NCBI GenBank assembly: GCA_035549075.1
Contig: DASZRT010000032.1
Span: 48,488-112,487 of the forward strand
DNA from: Polyangia bacterium
Lineage (GTDB): Bacteria; Myxococcota_A; Polyangia; Fen-1088
Direction: 5' to 3'
Length of the DNA stretch: 64,000 nt
Numbering within the stretch: position 1 is the stretch's first letter; every line of letters starts with the position of its first letter. Positions 58,519 to 64,000 of the stretch are shown here, piece by piece. Under the pieces are notes generated by a model. That model searched no databases. It saw only the letters and a list, made by a program, of their open reading frames with translations, and was not told where the DNA came from. The translations under genes were made by a program, and so were the position numbers.

Positions 58519-59267
58519 CGTAGGAGCTCGCCGCCTTTGACAGAGGACCACAGTCTCTTAGAGTTTTCCAACAGCTGCATTCCGAGCGCGTCCGACGCGA
58601 GCCCACCCTCGGCCGCGAGACGAATCGCAGACTCGAGTTGGGGCTCGGCCTCGGCGCTCGGCCAGTCGCTGCCGAAGAGGATCCGGTTTCGTCGCTTCTG
58701 AACGTACTGAACCCACGGACGCAGGAAGTCGGTCCCCGCGAACGTCGCGAAGGTGATGGAGAAGTCGTAGTACACGTTGCCGAGCCGAGCTGTGTGCGCT
58801 CGCAGATGCCAGCTCTCGTAGCCGCCGCCGTGGGTTGCGACGATGGGCAGTTCGGGGAAGGCGCGGGCGAGCTCAATCACGAGCTCAAGGCCCGTGTTGT
58901 GCTCGAGCCGGTCGCCCCAGGGGAAGTGGTGAACCATGAAGCCGGCCGCACCCACCTGACGTAGCTTTTCGACGACGGCTGGGATGCGCGCCCGCGTGAT
59001 CGCGTGCAACGTCGGGTGGATCTTCCACCAACTGCTCGCCGCGAGCGGCGCCGGCACCTCGAGTTCGAGCGGGACGGGCGGGATCACGACGACGTTGGCG
59101 GGAAGCTCGTCCCGGCGCCGCGCGACGACGGAAATCTCATCAGCTGTGTTGAGGACGAGGTTGCAGCCGACGAGGTCGGGCCGCTGGCGAACGTAGGTGA
59201 CGAACTTCGTGAATCCCGCGTCGTCGGGGGACGCTAGGTGCACGTGACAGTCGAAGTAGCGCATCAC
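58515..59267 (-). CDS. amidohydrolase-2-family metal-dependent hydrolase
   Basis: FDCHVHL metal-binding motif and TIM-barrel hydrolase pattern. ATGA overlap with the aminotransferase. Confidence 0.65.
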   Translation of the reverse strand: MMRYFDCHVHLASPDDAGFTKFVTYVRQRPDLVGCNLVLNTADEISVVARRRDELPANVVVIPPVPLELEVPAPLAASSWWKIHPTLHAITRARIPAVVEKLRQVGAAGFMVHHFPWGDRLEHNTGLELVIELARAFPELPIVATHGGGYESWHLRAHTARLGNVYYDFSITFATFAGTDFLRPWVQYVQKRRNRILFGSDWPSAEAEPQLESAIRLAAEGGLASDALGMQLLENSKRLWSSVKGGELLR

Positions 59268-60463
59268 GGTTTAGGTGCTGCCGCGTAGCGAACGCGCACC
59301 CTCCGCTTGATGGCCTCAGCCCGCCGATCGACGTCGTCACGATCGGCGCCGAGCGCAATGAAGTAACCTGGGCGGTTGCGGTCGTCGGTCGCGGCGCGGA
59401 TGATGTCGCCCGGCTGGTATGGCACCTCGATGCGATGCCCGATCCCTTCGGCGAGGCAAGCGTCAACGCCCTCGACGGCGGCGACCACGCCGGGCGCGAA
59501 GTTGAAGAACTCAAGGATCGCGGCGCGCGCCTGCACGGCCGGCAACGCCACGCGCTCACCGCGCAGGCGGCGAATCACGAGGTCGTAGGTGTCGAGGCCG
59601 CTGATGTGCGGGACGATGATCGAGGCGATGCCGTTGCCGCCGCCGCGCGCCGCGACCTCGACCAGGTGAGGGACGCCGTCTCGCACGCGATACTCGGCGT
59701 GCGAGACGCCCGTCTCCAAGCCAAGCGACTCGACAACAAGCTTGGCCGTGTCACGCAGCCGATGAAGGATTTCGGGAGCGAAGCGCGGCGGGTATGCCAA
59801 CAACCGGGCGACGCAAGGTCGGTGTGCGTAGTGCGCCTTCTCGGACATCGCGAGGATCGTGCAGTTACCGTCGAGGCTGATGCCCTCGACGGTAACTTCG
59901 GTCCCGTTCACGAACTCCTCGATGAGCACCTGTTCTTGCGACCCTATCGCGCGCGCCCCCAGGAAAGCTTCGGCGACGTCATCGAGGCGCTCGACCAGCG
60001 TCACGCCCATCGATGACTGAGCTTGGAGAGGCTTGACGATCACGGGCAGCCCGAAGGTCTGCGCCGCTTCGCTGGCCTCGTTGGCCGACGAGACGGGCCG
60101 GAACCTCGGCATGGGCACACCCTTGCCTTCGAGGGCTCGGCGCATCACGAGCTTGTTCGTGAATCGCTCGGCGACGGCCCGCGTGATGCCCGGCAGACCC
60201 AATGCCTCATTGATGAACCCCGCGATCGGGACGAGGCGATCGGTTTGCTCGGCGAGAACGAGCCGAGCGTTCACCCGCCGGGCGATCGTGAGCAGCCCCT
60301 CGCGATCGTTCGTGTCGATCCGGACGAACTCGTCGGCGATCTGCCGACCCGGCGCATCACCCGAGATGTCGGCCACGACGGTTCGGACTCCGAGCGCCCG
60401 CGCCGCTTCGATGATGCGGAGCTGCCAGCGACCTCCCCCAAGCACTAGGAACGTGTCAGTCAT
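59264..60463 (-). CDS. ATP-grasp domain protein (carboxylate-amine ligase-like)
   Basis: Pre-ATP-grasp and ATP-grasp pattern (ERFTNKLVMRRALEGKGVPMP...LPVIVKPLQAQSSMGV...IEEFVNGTEVTVEG). ATGA overlap with the amidohydrolase. Confidence 0.7.
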   Translation of the reverse strand: MTDTFLVLGGGRWQLRIIEAARALGVRTVVADISGDAPGRQIADEFVRIDTNDREGLLTIARRVNARLVLAEQTDRLVPIAGFINEALGLPGITRAVAERFTNKLVMRRALEGKGVPMPRFRPVSSANEASEAAQTFGLPVIVKPLQAQSSMGVTLVERLDDVAEAFLGARAIGSQEQVLIEEFVNGTEVTVEGISLDGNCTILAMSEKAHYAHRPCVARLLAYPPRFAPEILHRLRDTAKLVVESLGLETGVSHAEYRVRDGVPHLVEVAARGGGNGIASIIVPHISGLDTYDLVIRRLRGERVALPAVQARAAILEFFNFAPGVVAAVEGVDACLAEGIGHRIEVPYQPGDIIRAATDDRNRPGYFIALGADRDDVDRRAEAIKRRVRVRYAAAPKP

Positions 60464-60542
60464 GCGGATAAGACGCGTCAGATTAACACGGCTCGTCGCT
60501 GGGCGCGCGCCGCGATGTCAGCGTTGCGATGTTCCGTAGGGC

Positions 60543-61811
60543 GTGGTAGCGGATCATGCGCGTATCGTGTCGTCGACCACCTTGAGCTTCTCTTGCCGTT
60601 CGTGTGGCTCTGTTCGATCGGAGCTCGTCCTATCGCTCGGTTCGACGCCTCTCGCGAACTCGCTCGTACTCGGTCCGCAGTCCATGGTCGCCGAGCCGCG
60701 GTTTCCGCTCGACCTCGTGTTCTGCCCCGATTGCACGCTCGTGCAGATCACCGAGACGATTCCGCCCGAGCAGCTGTTCTCGGACTATCTCTATTTTTCG
60801 TCGTTCTCGGACGGGATGCTCAAGCACGCGCGTGAGCTCACGGCGCGTTTCGCGACGAGCGCGAAGTTGGGCCCGACGTCGCTCGCCGTCGAGGTCGCGA
60901 GCAACGACGGTTACCTCCTGCAGTACTATAAGGAAGCCGGAATCCCTGTGCTTGGCATCGAGCCCGCGCAAAACGTCGCCAAGGTCGCCGTCGAGAAGCG
61001 AGGGATCCCCACGGTCGTCGAGTTCTTCGGACGGGAGGTTGCGACGCGCCTCGCCCGAGAGGGGAGGCGCGCCGACATCCTGCACGCTAACAACGTGCTG
61101 GCGCACGTCGCCGATCTCAACGGATTCGTCGCGGGCATCCGCGAGATCCTCACCGACGACGGCATCGCCGCGCTCGAGTTTCCGTACCTCGGCGAGATGA
61201 TCGATCGCTGTGAGTTCGACACGATCTATCACGAGCACCTCTGCTACTACTCGCTGCACGCGCTCAAGCACCTCTTCGAGAAGCACGGCCTCAAGCTCAT
61301 CGGCGTCGAGCGCGTGGCCATCCACGGCGGTTCGCTGCTTTTGCAAGCGGCGCGCGCCGGCTCCTCTCACGCGCCGGCTCCGGCGGTCGCCGCGTTCCTT
61401 GCGGAGGAGTTTGGCCGCGGCATGACGACGATCGGCTTCTACCGTGACTTTGCGCGCCGCGTGCACGCGCTCAAGGACACGCTGGGCGCGCTGCTCGGAA
61501 GCCTCAAGGCCGAAGGCAAGCGCGTCGCTGCCTACGGCGCCGCCGCGAAGGGCAGCACGCTGCTCAACGTCTTCGGTATCGGGCGCGAGACGCTCGAGTT
61601 CGTCGCCGATCGTAGCACCTACAAGCAGGGCCGCTACATGCCCGGTGTCCACATTCCCATCGTCGCGCCAGACGCGCTTCTCGCCGAGATGCCGGACTAT
61701 ACGTTGCTCCTCACGTGGAACTTCGCCGACGAGATCCTCGATCAGCAGAAGGAGTACCGGCGTCGAGGGGGGAAGTTCATCATCCCCGTTCCGGACGCGA
61801 GGATCGTGTGA
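60543..61811 (+). CDS. NDP-hexose C-methyltransferase (TylCIII-like)
   Basis: N-terminal zinc ribbon (CRSCGS...CPDC), a SAM-MTase core, and the C-methyltransferase C-terminal domain (EFDTIYHEHLCYYSLHAL). Confidence 0.8.
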   Translation: MVADHARIVSSTTLSFSCRSCGSVRSELVLSLGSTPLANSLVLGPQSMVAEPRFPLDLVFCPDCTLVQITETIPPEQLFSDYLYFSSFSDGMLKHARELTARFATSAKLGPTSLAVEVASNDGYLLQYYKEAGIPVLGIEPAQNVAKVAVEKRGIPTVVEFFGREVATRLAREGRRADILHANNVLAHVADLNGFVAGIREILTDDGIAALEFPYLGEMIDRCEFDTIYHEHLCYYSLHALKHLFEKHGLKLIGVERVAIHGGSLLLQAARAGSSHAPAPAVAAFLAEEFGRGMTTIGFYRDFARRVHALKDTLGALLGSLKAEGKRVAAYGAAAKGSTLLNVFGIGRETLEFVADRSTYKQGRYMPGVHIPIVAPDALLAEMPDYTLLLTWNFADEILDQQKEYRRRGGKFIIPVPDARIV

Positions 61812-62335
61812 CCTTCGAGCCGACGAAGCTCGCCGGCGTGTTCGTCATCCGTCTCGAACGTCGCGAGGACGAGCGCGGCTTCTTCGCCCGCACGTACTGC
61901 GCTCGAGAGCTGCGGCAGGCAGGTCTCGATCCGGAGATCGTCCAGAGCAGCGTCTCCTACAACCGAGTGCGGGGCACGCTGCGCGGGCTCCACTATCAAG
62001 CGGAACCGTACGAAGAGAACAAGATCGTCTCGTGCATTCGGGGTGCCGTTCATGATGTCGTGGTCGACATTCGCCGCGATTCGCCAACTTACAAAGAGTG
62101 GCTCGGCGTCGAACTGTCGGCGGACGCCGGAACGGCCCTCTACGTTCCGAAGGGTTTCGCGCATGGGTTTCTCACGCTCGAAGACGACGCCATGGTCACC
62201 TATGACATTTCGACCTACTACGAGCCGTCTTCGGTGCGCGGCATTCGTTACGACGACCCCGCGATTGGCGTCGCCTGGCCCACGAAGCCGACCGTCGTTT
62301 CCGCACAAGACCTCGCTCGTCCGAGCTTCGAGTAG
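61808..62335 (+). CDS. dTDP-4-dehydrorhamnose 3,5-epimerase-family (RmlC-like cupin) sugar epimerase
   Basis: FEPTKLAGVFVI...RGFFARTY...GLHYQ...VVVDIRRDSPTYKEW...YVPKGFAHGF. GTGA overlap with the C-methyltransferase. Confidence 0.85.
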   Translation: MTFEPTKLAGVFVIRLERREDERGFFARTYCARELRQAGLDPEIVQSSVSYNRVRGTLRGLHYQAEPYEENKIVSCIRGAVHDVVVDIRRDSPTYKEWLGVELSADAGTALYVPKGFAHGFLTLEDDAMVTYDISTYYEPSSVRGIRYDDPAIGVAWPTKPTVVSAQDLARPSFE

Positions 62336-62357
62336 ACATTTTATGGGAGCCCATTAG

Positions 62358-63365
62358 GTGTCAGCTCGTCGGGTCAGCATCGGGATGCCCGTCTACAACA
62401 GCAATCCCGCCCGTTTCCAGTTAGCGCTAGAAGGCATCCTAGGGCAGAGCTTCGGTGACTTCGAGCTGTTCATTTCCGACAACGGTTCGGGTGACGAAGC
62501 TCGCCAGCTCTACGAGAACGCCGTGAAGTTGGACTCGAGGGTGAGATACAGCCGGCACGAGCGAAACTACGGGGCGGGGCTGAACTTCACGTATGCATTT
62601 ACGAATACGAGCGGCGAGTACTTCATGTGGGCCGCAGACGACGATGTGCGCGGGAAGGACTACCTGGCCCGAACCGTCGAACGGCTCGATCGCGATGCGA
62701 CGGCGGTGTCGGCGGGCACCGATACGATTCTGGTAGACGACAATGGAAACCGTGTTGGCAAAGTCTCGTTTTCCGAGTCCTTCGAATTGCCGACGCCTCA
62801 TCAACGGATTCCGGTGCACGGGTTCGTCAGCGAAGGCGATTACTTCGACATTTACTCGCTTCACCGTCGTCCGGCCCTCCTTCGAACGCACATCGCCGCG
62901 CCCATGCATGGTGCGGACTGCTTGCTTGTTCGGGAGCTGCTCTTGCAAGGCAAGATCGTCCGCACGCACGAGGAGCTGTTTTTCTACCGCGTTCCGATGT
63001 CGTACTCGATGAGCGGGCTCGCGGTGGCGGCCTATGGTGAGCAGGCCTTGCCTTTCCTTTTCCGCCACCCCCACACGTACCTGGCGCTGCAGATGGTCAT
63101 TGCGGTTCTGACGAACGACATTCCGATCAGCGAGGTGGAACGAACGCGCTGCGTGGTGGCGTTAGCGTCGTCATTGGTGCTCCACGGGTGGCTGACCCGT
63201 GATCCCAACTTTCGCACCCGCGCCGAGGCGAAAGAGGCGTGGGGAAGAGGCGATTTCGTCAGGGTGGCCATGCTCATGGCCAAATCATTCGCGCTCGCGC
63301 CCAAAGCAGCGTTGGACCCGTCCGCGTGGCGACGTCTGATCGGCCGGCTCACCCCCGGTTCCTAA
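62358..63365 (+). CDS. family 2 glycosyltransferase
   Basis: VSIGMPVYNS...ELFISDNGSGDEA...AADDD are GT2 motifs. GTG start; the alternative ATG is at 62385. Confidence 0.75.
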   Translation: MSARRVSIGMPVYNSNPARFQLALEGILGQSFGDFELFISDNGSGDEARQLYENAVKLDSRVRYSRHERNYGAGLNFTYAFTNTSGEYFMWAADDDVRGKDYLARTVERLDRDATAVSAGTDTILVDDNGNRVGKVSFSESFELPTPHQRIPVHGFVSEGDYFDIYSLHRRPALLRTHIAAPMHGADCLLVRELLLQGKIVRTHEELFFYRVPMSYSMSGLAVAAYGEQALPFLFRHPHTYLALQMVIAVLTNDIPISEVERTRCVVALASSLVLHGWLTRDPNFRTRAEAKEAWGRGDFVRVAMLMAKSFALAPKAALDPSAWRRLIGRLTPGS

Positions 63366-64000
63366 GCACGAGCTCGACGCCTGTCGGCACCGGCCGTCCC
63401 GCGGCGCGCCTCGCTTCGACGTCGGTTGTCACCAACCTGCCCAGCGTGGGCGTCACGCGCGATGCGAGACCCTCGACGCGCGCGAGCGAGAGGTTGCGAG
63501 ACAGGCACCTCAGGATCATCTGGTTGAACGCGGCTTCGGTGAACCAACGCGCGGGGTAGGGGTTCTCGCAGGCGATGGCTTCGATCACGGACGCGACGTC
63601 GTTCCGAAGCGCCTCGACGCCCGTCGTGACGAAGCGCGCCGGGTCGGGGAGCAGCGGCAGCGCGCAGCACGGCCTGGCGCTCGCGCAGGTCGCCGGTCAC
63701 GAACAGCTCGTGCACCAGGGCGGCGTGCACCTCGGGCAGGCGCGCGTCGAGCACGGCCAGCAGCAGGTGCGCGCGGCCGTATTCGTCGACGGGCCAACCC
63801 AGGGGAAGAACGGGAGGCGCGCTCGGCCGGCGTCGGGCTCTCGATCGGCGTTTGTCCGAGGCAGCGGCTCGCGCCCGTCCACATGATCAAGAACGCGTCG
63901 GTCGCCTCACCGCGCGCGCGCACCTTGTTCAGCGCCTGCCCGAACCAACGCGCGGCCGCGTCGGGTACGCGCGTCGTCAGGATCGATTCGGCGGTGGCTT
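63349..64000 (-). pseudogene. 3' portion of a minus-strand gene running off the window; coding signal switches frame twice
   Basis: The last frame (ending at 63349) reads ...LPLLPDPARFVTTGVEALRNDVASVIEAIACENPYPARWFTEAAFNQMILRCLS...LVLRNRG*. Upstream, a second frame reads ...VDEYGRAHLLLAVLDARLPEVHAALVHELFVTGDLRERQAVLRA. Further upstream a third frame reads ...ESILTTRVPDAAARWFGQALNKVRARGEATDAFLIMWTGASRC. Both switches fall in G/C runs (near 63660-63675 and 63800-63815). Family not recognised. Confidence 0.3.

Noticed and set aside
63585-63923. 112-aa minus-strand ORF taken as a stand-alone gene
   Set aside because: Its downstream two-thirds is Arg/Pro-rich with no GC3 bias. Only the upstream part is coding, and it continues in other frames. 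It is treated as part of the disrupted terminal gene instead.
1-64000. CRISPR arrays, rRNA, mobile elements
   Set aside because: No regularly spaced direct repeats. No rRNA-like conserved segments. No transposase, integrase or recombinase ORFs.

Overview
The window is very GC-rich with strongly GC3-biased codon usage. The gene content points to a myxobacterial (Myxococcota) chromosome: eukaryotic-like Ser/Thr kinases, PEGA-domain proteins, a MYXO-CTERM-like C-terminal sorting tail, and many lipoproteins with Gly/Ser/Thr linkers. About 58 protein-coding genes are supportable. I found no rRNA, tRNA, CRISPR array, transposase or integrase. Gene blocks, in order:
- 449..7224: a surface-polysaccharide locus. 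It carries a Wzc-like BY-tyrosine kinase, an MNT-fold nucleotidyltransferase, a GT2, and a WbpB/WbpE/WbpD-like oxidoreductase/aminotransferase/acetyltransferase triad for a 2,3-diacetamido sugar.
- 7298..20523: mostly housekeeping genes, namely thiD, rseP, a HAD hydrolase and argH. Also here are two Ser/Thr kinases, a secreted TPR-PEGA protein and a second glycosyltransferase trio (GT2, GT4, small GT2-like).
- 20524..22148: a low-GC intergenic region holding a 27-codon ORF with a consensus Shine-Dalgarno and an intrinsic terminator. Next to it is a Fic-family gene whose catalytic motif is degenerate. That gene is transcribed divergently from the division-cell wall (dcw) cluster, in the position where mraZ normally sits.
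- 22149..40666: the dcw cluster rsmH-ftsL-ftsI-murE-murF-mraY-murD-ftsW-murG ... murC-ftsQ. It is interrupted between murG and murC by three opposite-strand genes (a patatin-like lipase with a C-terminal outer-membrane barrel signature, a family-4 uracil-DNA glycosylase, a PQQ sugar dehydrogenase). It ends at ftsQ; murB, ddl, ftsA and ftsZ are not in the window.
- 40663..49029: a sugar-acid dehydratase, then a PMT/GT39-like GT-C glycosyltransferase next to three secreted proteins with Gly/Ser/Thr-rich linkers and a Cys-rich lipoprotein.
- 49084..63365: a second glycan locus with a UbiA prenyltransferase, gmd, Wzm/Wzt ABC exporter, rfbF, rfbG and a DegT aminotransferase. Alongside is a tightly coupled operon of an ATP-grasp ligase, an amidohydrolase, a class-I aminotransferase and two methyltransferases, plus a TylCIII-like sugar C-methyltransferase, an RmlC-like epimerase and a GT2.
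Both window edges show coding signal that switches reading frame.
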